Source: Clostridia bacterium
Lineage (GTDB): Bacteria > Bacillota > Clostridia > Christensenellales > UBA1242
DNA: 64,000 bases
NCBI GenBank assembly: GCA_045639255.1
Contig: JAZUCT010000011.1
Coordinates: 14,357-78,356, forward strand
Direction: 5' to 3'
Under the pieces are notes generated by a model. It worked only from the letters and a program-made list of their open reading frames with translations. It searched no databases and had not been told where the DNA came from. Below are positions 1 through 9,459 of this stretch, piece after piece; positions within the stretch are counted from its first letter, which is position 1, and every line of letters starts with the position of its first letter. The position numbers and the translations under genes were made by a program.

Positions 1-811
1 AATATTTGTTATGTTTTTTAATTTCATCAAGCGCAAAATCTTTTATTGAAACTGAATTTTCGTCCACAAATTTAACACTTACTTTGCGTTTGAAAATATC
101 AAGGTAACTTACAGTGCCTTCGCCCAACTCTGTTTTAACTTTTGAATTAATTTTTGGCATATCTTTAAGCAATTCTTTATAAAGTTCATTTTCATAAGAA
201 AGGCAACACATAAGTCTGCCACACAATCCACTTATTTTTTGTGGGTTCAAACTTAAATTCTGTGTTTTTGCCATTTTTATTGAAACATTGGCAAATTCGG
301 TTAAATGCCCCTTGCAACAACATATTCTTCCACAAGGGCCCAATCCACCAAGAGTTTTAACTTCATCGCGAACACCAATTTGTTTAAGCTCAATTCTTAC
401 TTTAAAATTGCTTGCCATAAGTTTAACAAGTTCCCTGAAATCCACCCTATCTTCGCTTACATATAAAAACAAAGCTTTCGAACCATCAAAACTTACGGTA
501 ACTTCAACAAGTTTCATATCGAGTTTAAGTTTTTCAATAAGTTTTTCGGTTTCAATTCTTAAATTTTTTGCTTTTTCTTTGTTTTCTTCAATGCGTTGTT
601 CATCTTCACGGGTAAGAACCCTGTTAATGCTTAATTGTTCGGTGCAAACTTGTTCTTCAACCTTATGATTTGCTTTTTTTATTTTTGCAACTTTAAGGCC
701 TTCTTCGGTGTTAACCAAAACCTTTTGATTAACTTCATAGCTTCTGTTTGCAACACAAAAAGAAAGTTGATTTGTGTTTTCAAAACTTAAAATAACAACT
801 TCTATTTCCAT
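1..811 (-). CDS. ricT: PSP1-domain protein RicT/YaaT; 3' end runs off the window
   Basis: Not in the ORF track because no stop lies in the window. My translation from ATG 811..809 gives MEIEVVILSF...FKVRIELKQIGVRDEVKTLGGLGPCGRICCCKGHLTEFANVSIKMAKTQNLSLNPQKISGLCGRLMCCLSYE, the Cys-rich PSP1 core. The ATG overlaps the holB stop (ATGGAAATAG). The holB-yaaT order matches that of Bacilli and Clostridia. Confidence 0.8.
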   Translation of the reverse strand, partial: MEIEVVILSFENTNQLSFCVANRSYEVNQKVLVNTEEGLKVAKIKKANHKVEEQVCTEQLSINRVLTREDEQRIEENKEKAKNLRIETEKLIEKLKLDMKLVEVTVSFDGSKALFLYVSEDRVDFRELVKLMASNFKVRIELKQIGVRDEVKTLGGLGPCGRICCCKGHLTEFANVSIKMAKTQNLSLNPQKISGLCGRLMCCLSYENELYKELLKDMPKINSKVKTELGEGTVSYLDIFKRKVSVKFVDENSVSIKDFALDEIKKHNKY

Positions 812-1806
812 TTATACTTCTCCTCTAAGAACTTTAAAACAAACATATCCACAACACTGTTAATGTTGCAGTTAAATTGCAATTTTTCCTTTGCAATTGC
901 AATTTGATTGTTTATTGCGTTTAAACTTAATGTTGAAAATTTTTCGCTTATTTCAACAATTTCATTAATATCTTCTTTATCGGCATTTTTAACCATTAAT
1001 GCTTTGTTAACAACAATTTCAATAAGTTCAAAAATGGTGTTTAAATTGCCTTTATATTTTAAAATGTTATTAACTGCAAAAAGCATATCACTTGATTTGT
1101 TACAATTTAAAAATAAATCAAACACAACCTTAATTAAATCGTGAAACATTGGGTTATTTATGTTGCTTATTGCTGAACCAATGTTGCCGTTTGAAAAAAT
1201 GCTTATAACTTGTGCTTGTTCATTGCTGTAACCATTGCTTACCAAAAAACTTTGCAATTTTTCATTGCTGAAATTATCGGCATTAACAATTTTGCATCTG
1301 GATTTTATTGTTTGAAGCACCATTGCTGAATTTGAAACACTTAAAATTAAATGTGTGTTTGCAGGTGGTTCTTCAAGCGTATTTAAAATTTTGTTTTGTG
1401 CTGTTTGGTTTGCGTTTTCAAAATTTTTAAGCAAAAACACTTTTTCTGTTCCTTCAATGCTTGTTTTGAAAGCATTTTCGGTTATATCAGAAATATCTTC
1501 CACCATAATGTTTTTGTTTTTAGGATACACTTTAAAATCTGCATTGCTTCCACTAAGTGCTTTTTTGCAATTTTCACATTGAAGGCAAGCAGTTTTATGT
1601 TTGCATAGAATTTTGAAAGCAAAAAACCTTGCAAACATATTTGCAGTTTCGCTTTCGCCCGCAACAATCATGTAAGCATGATGAATTTGATTTTTATCAA
1701 TATCATGCTGAATAACATTTGCACAGGCAGTGTTATTTAAAAAAGAAAAATAGTTATGTTCTTTCATAAACATAACCATTATACAATATTTCAGTTTTTT
1801 TAACAA
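802..1806 (-). CDS. holB: DNA polymerase III delta' subunit (HolB)
   Basis: 334-aa ORF with the AAA+ clamp-loader delta' pattern (IHHAYMIVAGE..., CxxCxxC zinc module 'CLQCENCKK', 'NKILNTLEEPP', 'SRC' sensor motif). Sits upstream of ricT. TAG stop. The start could instead be an internal Met (M10, M12 or M14). Confidence 0.75.
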   Translation of the reverse strand: MLKKLKYCIMVMFMKEHNYFSFLNNTACANVIQHDIDKNQIHHAYMIVAGESETANMFARFFAFKILCKHKTACLQCENCKKALSGSNADFKVYPKNKNIMVEDISDITENAFKTSIEGTEKVFLLKNFENANQTAQNKILNTLEEPPANTHLILSVSNSAMVLQTIKSRCKIVNADNFSNEKLQSFLVSNGYSNEQAQVISIFSNGNIGSAISNINNPMFHDLIKVVFDLFLNCNKSSDMLFAVNNILKYKGNLNTIFELIEIVVNKALMVKNADKEDINEIVEISEKFSTLSLNAINNQIAIAKEKLQFNCNINSVVDMFVLKFLEEKYKWK

Positions 1807-1810
1807 TCGT

Positions 1811-3118
1811 TTAACTTAAAACTTCTTGGGCAATTTCGCCAATATCACCTGCACCAACAAACACAACATTAATGTTTTTTTGTGAAAGTTCGTTAACAAC
1901 CTTTTTTAACTTTGTTTTTGTGCCAATATAGGTAACATTGTTAAGTTGATTGCAAAGTTCTTTTGCACTTAATCCCATGCTTTTCGATTCTCGGGCTGAA
2001 TATGTTTTATAAATAATAATGTTATTATTTTTGTTAAAAAGTTCTTTAAAATCATTAAGCAGTTTAAGTGTGCGTGAATAAGTGTGCGGTTGAAAAATAA
2101 TAACATAAGGTTTGTTAAGTTCTTTTAAGGTGTTAATTGTGCTTTGAATTTCTGTTGGGTGATGTGCATAATCGCGAATTATGTTGCAATTGTTAAGTTT
2201 TCCAAGCACTTCAAATCGCCTTTTAACACCTTTGAAATTGTTAAGCCCTTTTTCAATATCGTTTTCACCAATTCCACAAAGTTTGCAAATGGCAATTGCA
2301 CAAAGTGCATTGTTTATATTATGTTTACCGACCACCGATAAGTTAATGTTTAAGTTTGTGCTTTCGTTAACAACTGAAAACGAATAACAACCATTTTCGT
2401 TCAGTGTTACATTAATTGGCACATATCTTGAAAGATAGTTAATGTGTTTTTTTATTTTATCGTTGGAATTTCAAATGGAAAACTTTGCAGTTTTTTGAAA
2501 TTTAATAAAGCAATTTTTAAGGTGATTTAAATTTTTATAGCATTCCATATGGTCGGGTTCAACATTTAAAACTGCACTTATTGTTGGTTTAAGTTTAAGC
2601 AGGTGTTTTTTATATTCACAAGCTTCGGTTATAAAATATTTATTGGCGCCAATTAAATAATTGGAATTGAACTGATTAATTATTCCGCCAATATGCGCTG
2701 TTGGGTTTAACCCCGCATAATAAAACACGCTGGCAAGCATGCCACAAGTTGTGGTTTTTCCATGCGTTCCAGAAACCGCAATAACTGTTTTATATTGGCT
2801 GGCAATAAGGTTTAAAAAATCGGCACGCTCCAAAACAATTTTGCACTTTTTTTGTGCAGTAACAAGTTCGCAATTTTGTTCACTAACAGCGCTGGTGAAC
2901 ACAACCATATCTAAGTTGTTATGTATGTTTTCGCTTTTATGTTTTAAATAAATTTTAACCCCTGCATTTTTAAGGTTATTAATGGTTTCGCTGTTTGCCC
3001 TGTCACTGCCAGAAACATTCATGCCCATGTTCAAACAATAATGTGCCAAAGCACTCATGCTTATTCCACCAATGCCAATGAAATGAATGTTTTTTATGTT
3101 GTTAAAAAAATTTCTCAT
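1811..3118 (-). CDS. murC: UDP-N-acetylmuramate--L-alanine ligase MurC, interrupted by one in-frame TGA (2473..2471)
   Basis: ORFs 2471..3118 (N-terminal half: IHFIGIGGISMSALA, GTHGKTTT, EPDHMECY) and 1811..2422 (C-terminal half: GKHNINNALCAIA, RRFE, DYAHHPTEI) are in the same frame (3118 and 2422 differ by 696 nt). Only the TGA separates them. The 16 codons after it (NSNDKIKKHINYLSRY) continue the MurC 'DD' strand region. Confidence 0.8.
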
Positions 3119-3191
3119 ATTTCATTTTATGAATTGGTGTTTTTTTTAGTTAAATAAATTTTTTAATGTTGCAAATTTTTAATTAATTTAG

Positions 3192-3221
3192 TTGCTTTTA
3201 ACATTAAATTTGTTTTATAAT
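3192..3221 (+). promoter_or_regulatory. Candidate sigma-A promoter for spoVG
   Basis: TTGCTT (3192-3197), 18-nt spacer, TATAAT (3216-3221), about 40 nt upstream of the spoVG ATG. The SD AAAGGGG precedes the ATG. Confidence 0.35.
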
Positions 3222-3261
3222 TTGTTTAAGCCAAAAAAAGCAAATAAAGGGGATTAACAAA

Positions 3262-3525
3262 ATGAAAATTACAGACATTCGTGTTCGCATTGTTAACAAA
3301 GATAAATTAAAGGCTTCTGTAAGCGTTACTTTTAACGATTGCTTTGTTGTGCACGACATTAAACTTATTGAAGGAAACAATGGCTTATTCATGAGCATGC
3401 CTTCAAGAAAAACTTCAACAGGTGAATTTAAAGATGTTGCACATGCAATAAATTCAGAAACAAGGCAATGGCTTGAAAAAGCAGTGCTTGATGCTTATAA
3501 TCAAGAACTTCAAAAAGCAGAATAG
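3262..3525 (+). CDS. spoVG: Septation/regulatory protein SpoVG
   Basis: 87 aa. MKITDIRVR...[36 protein letters not shown] is the canonical SpoVG N-terminus. Confidence 0.9.
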   Translation: MKITDIRVRIVNKDKLKASVSVTFNDCFVVHDIKLIEGNNGLFMSMPSRKTSTGEFKDVAHAINSETRQWLEKAVLDAYNQELQKAE

Positions 3526-3554
3526 AGTTCTTAAACTGGCTTATTTAAACGAAA

Positions 3555-3583
3555 CAAAAAAGAGTGGTGTTCCACTCTTTTTT
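3555..3583. terminator. Bidirectional rho-independent terminator
   Basis: AAGAGTGG-TGTT-CCACTCTT stem-loop (3560-3579) flanked by an A-run and a T-run, between convergent spoVG and the 3594..6224 gene. Confidence 0.7.
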
Positions 3584-3593
3584 GTGTTTAATA

Positions 3594-6224
3594 TTAATAT
3601 TTGCAGTTTAAAAGTTTTGGATATTCATCAAGGTTAAATTCCCAAATATCAGTTTTAAAACCACGGCTTGTGAATGTTGAGCCTGATTCATAACCAACGC
3701 ATTTTTCATATGAAGTTGCACCATCTTTATCCACTGGAAGAATTGAATTTTCAAAAAGCACCCAGCGTTTTGCATTGTTCATTGTGTCAACATCGAACAC
3801 AATTAAATCGGTTGGAATGCCTGTTGGGTTCCATTCCCAAGGCCAAGCAGTGTTTGTGCAATGATAACTTGTTACAAAGTTGTTAAATGTGTTAAATGTT
3901 ACTGCAAGGAACATTGTGCCACAATAACTGTTTTCGTTTTCAAAAAGTTCAACTGCAATTCCTGCGCAAATGCTTTCGTCTGCCATGCCTTGCATTGTGC
4001 AAACAACGCTTACATTGTTAATTGTTATTTCTGGTGCAGTGTATGCAACACCACCAACTGCTGAACCGATTAAGTTGCCTTCAACAAAGGTTTCAACAAT
4101 GTTTGCTTTTTGTGAATATGCAACAACACCACCAACAAAACATGCTTCAATGCTTCCATCAAAGTGGCATTTTGAAATTTTTGCATAACTTGAAGCAAAA
4201 CCGCTTATTCCGCCTGCATAGTTTGTTGAATTCATGTCGGCTGTTATTGAGCCATTGAACAATGCATAACTTATGGTTGAAGTTGTTGTTCCAGCAATTC
4301 CACCAACATAAATATTGTTTGTGCCTGTTACTGAAATTTCAGAGTTACAAGAAATGTTGTGAACAACTCCATTATTCAAACCTGCAATTCCACCAACATT
4401 AACAATTTTTTCAGCGGTTTGTGCTGAAATTTTGTTGTTAACTGTGCAGTTTGAAACTGTGCCATTGTTAACACCACAAATTCCGCCAAGATTTTTAACA
4501 ATTCCGCCACCAATTGAGTTTTGGCTGGTTACAACACAGTTTGAAACCAATCCGTTATTTGTTCCAACAACAGTTCCAATGTTTTCACCCGCTGTGATTG
4601 AAACATTTTCAATTGTTAAGTTTAAGATTTGTGCTGTTTTGCCTGTTTCAGCAATTAAAGCACTGTTTTCGTTATTTGAAGTTATGTTTAAGTTTGAAAT
4701 TTTATAATATCTGTTTTCCGATTCGTTCCAGCCTGCTTCAAAAGTTCCGTTAAACACAAAGCAGTTTGTGTTTGTTAAACCAAGCGGTTTAAAATCTGCA
4801 TAGCCAGAAAGATCTAGGTCGGCCATAAGAACATATCTGTCGGTTGAAACCGATGCTTTTGCAAACACAGCAATTAAGTTTTCAACAGTTTTAATTTCAC
4901 CTTTAATTATTGCACTTGTGAAGTTATCTGCAACTGCTGGTGCAAGGAAGTCTATTTGTGGGTAACCATTGTTTTCTGCATTAATTAACCAAACAGAATT
5001 ATCCCATTTAATAAGTGAATTATCGAATGAAACATAAGAAACAAGGTTGTTTAAATCTTTAAGTTGTTCACTTGTTAAAATTTCATAGTTATAGTTTGAA
5101 CTTGCAATGCCAGTTACACCAACATCACATAGGGTTTCGGCTTCAACAAAATAGCAACCCATAATTATGTTTTCACGGTTATAACCGTTTGTGTTTTTAT
5201 AAATTAAACTTGCCCTGCCAATGCTGTTTGTGCTTATTTTTGAAATGCTGTAACAATCTTTAACATAGCAATCAAAATCGCCATAACTTTCGTTAAAGGT
5301 TATAAGCCCAGCAATGTTTGTGCTAACATTCGATGCGTTAAGATTACCTTTTGAATAACTGTTTATAATAATTCCGCCCTTATTGTTAACACAAATGCCA
5401 GCAACAGAGTTTCTTGCTGTTATTTCAACATCGCTTGCAACCCTATCAATTCTTGCAGAGGTTGTGCCTGTGCTTTGGTTAATGCAAGCAACACCAGCAG
5501 TTTTGCCGTTTGAAGCAGTGTTTGAAATTTGTGATGAAACAATGTTAATATTTGAAATTGTTCCAAAGTTTTCAGCGGTAACAATTGCAACTTGTGCAAA
5601 AGAACCTGTGTAAGAAAAGTTTGAAAGATTTAAATTATAAATTTCTGCACCACTTGCAACTTTTTCAAATAAGCCAAAATTTGTTACTGAACTTTCAGTT
5701 ACATTGTAAGTTGCGTTGCTTATTGTGCAGTTATTTCCATCAAAAGTGCCAGTTAAAGTGCCAAATCCAGCAAAATTTTCACCGGTTAAATCAATATCGT
5801 TAACCATTTTATAGTGGCTTGAAAGTGGCCTTTCTGCACTGCCAATGCTTAACAAATCTTGTTTGGTTTTAACAAAGAATGGATATTTTTCTGTTCCATC
5901 GCCAACAACCACTGAAACTGAAAAACTTTTATAGTTTTTGTTGGTTGTTTCAATTTTAAAAGTATATTCGCCACCTTTAACGGCTTTAAAAACATTTTCT
6001 TGGCTGGTTGTTTCAAGGCCTTCACCTGAAAGAATATAAGAATATTCAGTTTGCCTTTTTTTGTTAACAACATCGAAATTAATTTCAATTTCGTCGCCAT
6101 TATTTACATAAAAGTTTGCTTGAAGCAAGGTTATTTGTTCGTTATTCTTTAAAAACGCATAAGTTGTGAAACCCAAACTTACTGTAACAATAAGAACAAC
6201 AATAAACACCAAAAATCTTTTCAT
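3594..6224 (-). CDS. Large membrane-anchored or secreted surface protein with GLUG-type repeats
   Basis: 876 aa with an N-terminal hydrophobic anchor (FLVFIVVLIVTVSLGF). Many spaced GG(I/V)(A/C/S)G motifs (LGGICGVNNG, VGGIAGLNNG, VGGIAGTTTS, AGGISGFASS), typical of GLUG-repeat adhesin or IgA-protease-like proteins. Confidence 0.6.
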   Translation of the reverse strand: MKRFLVFIVVLIVTVSLGFTTYAFLKNNEQITLLQANFYVNNGDEIEINFDVVNKKRQTEYSYILSGEGLETTSQENVFKAVKGGEYTFKIETTNKNYKSFSVSVVVGDGTEKYPFFVKTKQDLLSIGSAERPLSSHYKMVNDIDLTGENFAGFGTLTGTFDGNNCTISNATYNVTESSVTNFGLFEKVASGAEIYNLNLSNFSYTGSFAQVAIVTAENFGTISNINIVSSQISNTASNGKTAGVACINQSTGTTSARIDRVASDVEITARNSVAGICVNNKGGIIINSYSKGNLNASNVSTNIAGLITFNESYGDFDCYVKDCYSISKISTNSIGRASLIYKNTNGYNRENIIMGCYFVEAETLCDVGVTGIASSNYNYEILTSEQLKDLNNLVSYVSFDNSLIKWDNSVWLINAENNGYPQIDFLAPAVADNFTSAIIKGEIKTVENLIAVFAKASVSTDRYVLMADLDLSGYADFKPLGLTNTNCFVFNGTFEAGWNESENRYYKISNLNITSNNENSALIAETGKTAQILNLTIENVSITAGENIGTVVGTNNGLVSNCVVTSQNSIGGGIVKNLGGICGVNNGTVSNCTVNNKISAQTAEKIVNVGGIAGLNNGVVHNISCNSEISVTGTNNIYVGGIAGTTTSTISYALFNGSITADMNSTNYAGGISGFASSYAKISKCHFDGSIEACFVGGVVAYSQKANIVETFVEGNLIGSAVGGVAYTAPEITINNVSVVCTMQGMADESICAGIAVELFENENSYCGTMFLAVTFNTFNNFVTSYHCTNTAWPWEWNPTGIPTDLIVFDVDTMNNAKRWVLFENSILPVDKDGATSYEKCVGYESGSTFTSRGFKTDIWEFNLDEYPKLLNCKY

Positions 6225-6304
6225 ATTGCACCTCTATAAATTTAAGCATATTATAAACCATAATGTTTGTTATGTCAATAGTGACTTTTTTAAAAAAGGC
6301 ATAT

Positions 6305-6330
6305 AAAAAAGCCAAAACAATTTGGCTTTT
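6305..6330 (-). terminator. Rho-independent terminator downstream of 6334..7047
   Basis: AAAGCCAAA-ACAA-TTTGGCTTT hairpin (6308-6329), followed by a T-run on the minus strand. Confidence 0.6.
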
Positions 6331-6333
6331 GAA

Positions 6334-7047
6334 TTAATTAAATTTCATGTTTACAAAATATTTCTGCAAATATTCTTGCGGAAGATATTTATCCAGCAAT
6401 CTTCCAATAAAGGTTAATGGTTCAACGCCACTTCGTGCAAGAAAACATCTTATAAGTGCTGCCCAAGATATTATCATTATTGTTGAAAACACAACAATAA
6501 TAATTATGGTAACAATGTTTCCAATTTTATATGGAATTTTTTCCAGCATTTTTACAACAAGCGGATAAACATATCGAACAAGTGCAAAACCCATAAAACC
6601 CCAAGCAAGCGAAAACACAACAGTTGTTCTTCCATCAATGTTTGTGAACACATTGGAATAATCCCACGAAGTTGTGTTGGTTAAAATTTCTTGCAACCAC
6701 GAACAAATATATTCCACAGCCCCGCCAACAATTGCGCCATATGTTATTTGGTGATACCATTCTTTAAACCTTGAAAGCACCAACACAAACCCCACAACAC
6801 CAAATCCATAAAGTGGGTTAAATGGAAGCCACAATGTTCCTGCCCTGGATTCCCATGAACCAGTTGCAAGAATTGTTAAAATTTCTTCATATAAAGTGCC
6901 TAAAAAACCACCCAACAGAAACATATAAACATAACTATATTTCGCCATTGTGTGTTTGTTTTTTTTATTGTTAAGTTTATTTCTGGTTTCTTGTTCGTTA
7001 TTTTTATAACTTTCAAAAGTTAAAGGTTGCTTTTGCGCATTAACCAT
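6334..7047 (-). CDS. Polytopic membrane protein (resembles the 'putative ABC-transporter type IV'/DUF1113 family)
   Basis: 237 aa with several hydrophobic helices. The motif FLLGGFLGTLYEEI...RAGTLWLPFNPLYGFGVVG recalls that family. Assigned from memory only. Confidence 0.4.
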   Translation of the reverse strand: MVNAQKQPLTFESYKNNEQETRNKLNNKKNKHTMAKYSYVYMFLLGGFLGTLYEEILTILATGSWESRAGTLWLPFNPLYGFGVVGFVLVLSRFKEWYHQITYGAIVGGAVEYICSWLQEILTNTTSWDYSNVFTNIDGRTTVVFSLAWGFMGFALVRYVYPLVVKMLEKIPYKIGNIVTIIIIVVFSTIMIISWAALIRCFLARSGVEPLTFIGRLLDKYLPQEYLQKYFVNMKFN

Positions 7048-7174
7048 AACCCAAAAATCTCCTTACTAAAAATTTTATGATATTTTAACATATTAAGTTA
7101 ATTTTTTGCAACTTTATTAATTATTAAAATAAAAAAAATCAAACTTTGAAATTTGATTTTTTTAAAGTTTATTT

Positions 7175-7600
7175 CTAGTTAAATTTTCTAAGCACGGTTT
7201 GAACATCTTTCATATCCACTTTTCCAGCATATTCTGCTTTAAACTTTTTCATAACGGTTGGAACAGATTTATCTGGCATAGGTGCAATAATTTGTTCAAT
7301 TTCTTCCAAACTTAGCATTTTTGGAAGATAAGCCTTAACAATTTCAATTTGTTTTGAAATGTTTTCAACTTCTTCGGTGTTATTAACTTTTTTATAGTTT
7401 TCACATTCATCGGTAAGTTCTTTAACAGTTTTTTGTAAAATTGCAACAAGGTGAACATCTGTAACGCTTTCGCCTTTTTCACGAAGTTTAACTTCTTCAA
7501 GCAAGGCTTTGTTCATAAGCACACTTAAAATGCTTCTGGCTACTGCGTTTTTTTCTTTGAATGCTTTTATGTTATCTTTTTTAATTTGTTCAAGTATCAT
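7175..7600 (-). CDS. yqeY: GatB/YqeY domain protein
   Basis: 141 aa. The sequence from MILEQIKKDNIKAFKEKN to AYLPKMLSLEEIEQII and KAEYAGKVDMKDV fits the YqeY pattern. Confidence 0.75.
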   Translation of the reverse strand: MILEQIKKDNIKAFKEKNAVARSILSVLMNKALLEEVKLREKGESVTDVHLVAILQKTVKELTDECENYKKVNNTEEVENISKQIEIVKAYLPKMLSLEEIEQIIAPMPDKSVPTVMKKFKAEYAGKVDMKDVQTVLRKFN

Positions 7601-7739
7601 ATTTGTTTATCTCCTTAACATTAATAATAGCATATTTAATTGAAATTTGTTAACAAAATATTTAATCTTTTTAAAAATTTAATTGCCAAAAGTGTTAAAC
7701 TTACCTAAAATATTAATAATTATTTTAAAGGAGTTTTTT

Positions 7740-8450
7740 ATGAGCACAGTTCATAATTCAGCAAAGGTTGGCGAAATTGCAAAAAATGTTATAATGGCGG
7801 GCGACCCTTTGCGTGCAAAATTTATTGCAGAAAATTTTTTAAAAGACGCAAAACTTGTTAACCAAATAAGAAACATGCTTTGTTTCACTGGCACATATAA
7901 CAACAAACCAGTTACTGTTATGGGAAGTGGAATGGGTATGCCAAGCATGGCAATTTATTCACACGAACTTTTCAGTGTTTATGGTGTTGAGAATATAATT
8001 CGAGTTGGTTCGTGCGGGGCAATGCAAAAAAATTTAAAATTGTTTGATACAATTATTGTTAAAAATGCTTTCACAACCAGCAATTTTGGTGAACAAGTGG
8101 GGGTTGGAAAAACAAGAAAACTTGAAAGTTCACCTGTTCTTTTTGAAAAAGCAAAGCAACTTGCAAACAACAAGCCAAACCATGTTTGTGGCGATATTTT
8201 AACAAGTGATGTTTTTTATACTCCAAACAACAAAGCAACTTCAAAGTTTGCAAAAAAAGGTTGCCTAGGCGTTGAAATGGAAACTTTTGGTTTGTTTGCT
8301 GTAAGCAAAATTAACAAGAAAAATGCTTTAACAATTTTAACTGTTTCAGATATTATTGGCTCAACCGAACAAACAACACCACAGCAAAGACAAACAGCAT
8401 TCACAAACATGATTTCGCTTGCACTTAACACCCTTAATGAACTTAATTAA
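7740..8450 (+). CDS. deoD: Purine nucleoside phosphorylase DeoD-type
   Basis: Motifs MGSGMGMPSMAIYSHEL, RVGSCGA and GVEMETFGLF. Start moved to ATG 7740, preceded by AAAGGAG (7727-7733). The longer ORF start at 7683 has no RBS. Confidence 0.85.
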   Translation: MSTVHNSAKVGEIAKNVIMAGDPLRAKFIAENFLKDAKLVNQIRNMLCFTGTYNNKPVTVMGSGMGMPSMAIYSHELFSVYGVENIIRVGSCGAMQKNLKLFDTIIVKNAFTTSNFGEQVGVGKTRKLESSPVLFEKAKQLANNKPNHVCGDILTSDVFYTPNNKATSKFAKKGCLGVEMETFGLFAVSKINKKNALTILTVSDIIGSTEQTTPQQRQTAFTNMISLALNTLNELN

Positions 8451-8514
8451 TGCTTGAAAAAATAAAATTGATGTGATAAACTGATTCCGTTTATTTTAAT
8501 TTAAAGGAATTTCT

Positions 8515-9387
8515 ATGAAAGATTTTATAATAACAACCGATTCCACCACAGATTTAACCGATGAGTTTTTGCAACAAAACAATGTTGTGGTGTTGCCTGT
8601 TCCGTTCAGTTGCGATGGCGTTCAATATGCAGGAACAAAGGAAAACAGGCTTTATGGCAAACAGTTTTTTGATAAGGTAAGAAAAGGCTCGATGCCATTA
8701 ACTTCACTTATTTCGCCCGACATTGCAAGGGAATATTTTGAAAAAATTTTAAAGCAAGGCAAAGATGTTTTGCATTTAAGTTTTTCAAGCGGTTTAAGTG
8801 GAACTTTTAACGCTTGCAGAATGGCTGGGGAAGAACTTAATGAAGTTTACCCTGCAAAAGTGCATGTGGTAGATACACTTTCTGCAAGTTTGGCGCTTGG
8901 TTTGTTGGTTAAAGAAGCGGTTAAACTTAAATCACTTGGTGCAAGCATTAACGATGTTATTGAACACATAAACAACCTTTCACCACACCTTGTTCACGCA
9001 ATAACTGTTGATGATTTGTTTCATTTGCAAAGGGGTGGCAGAATTTCAAAAGCAAAAGCCGTTATTGGTTCAGCACTTAACTTTAAACCACTTATTTACA
9101 TGAACGATGAAGGCAAACTTGTTAACTTTTCAAAAACCATTGGCAGAAAAAAATCGCTTATGGCTTTGTGCGATTGGGTTGTTAAAAAGCGCGACGCTTC
9201 AATTCACCCAGAAGTTTTAATTGTTCATGGCGATTGTGAAGAAGATGCACAATTTCTTGCAAAAATGTTAAATGAAAAAGCAAGCATTAATGTTAGCGAA
9301 ATTAACATGCTTAGTTGTATTTTGGGTGCTCACTGTGGTGCGGGAATGTGCGCTGTGGTGTTTGCAAGCAAAACAAGGCAACCATAA
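8515..9387 (+). CDS. DegV family fatty-acid-binding protein
   Basis: 290 aa. IITTDSTTDL N-terminus and the overall DegV pattern (HLSFSSGLSGTFN). Confidence 0.8.
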   Translation: MKDFIITTDSTTDLTDEFLQQNNVVVLPVPFSCDGVQYAGTKENRLYGKQFFDKVRKGSMPLTSLISPDIAREYFEKILKQGKDVLHLSFSSGLSGTFNACRMAGEELNEVYPAKVHVVDTLSASLALGLLVKEAVKLKSLGASINDVIEHINNLSPHLVHAITVDDLFHLQRGGRISKAKAVIGSALNFKPLIYMNDEGKLVNFSKTIGRKKSLMALCDWVVKKRDASIHPEVLIVHGDCEEDAQFLAKMLNEKASINVSEINMLSCILGAHCGAGMCAVVFASKTRQP

Positions 9388-9421
9388 TGAAAAATTAAAA
9401 AATAAGATTATTAAAATATAT

Positions 9422-9452
9422 AAAAAACTCTTATTAATCTAAGAGTTTTTTT
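9422..9452. terminator. Bidirectional terminator between degV and spoIIE
   Basis: ACTCTTA-TTAATC-TAAGAGT hairpin (9427-9446) flanked by an A-run and a T-run. Confidence 0.6.
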
Positions 9453-9459
9453 GTTTATA

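Noticed and set aside
288-668. 126-aa plus-strand ORF in the ORF track
   Set aside because: It is antisense to the clearly recognisable PSP1/RicT coding frame on the minus strand. The translation is low-complexity and Ser/Leu-rich, typical of a shadow ORF.
2440-2476. Selenocysteine at the murC TGA
   Set aside because: I see no SECIS-like hairpin in the 40 nt downstream (AAT TCC AAC GAT AAA ATA AAA AAA CAC...). MurC is not a known selenoprotein, and the aligned position is not a Cys or redox site.
7683-7739. N-terminal extension of deoD from the ORF-track start at 7683
   Set aside because: The extension has no RBS and encodes non-conserved sequence. ATG 7740 is preceded by AAAGGAG and begins the conserved PNP sequence.
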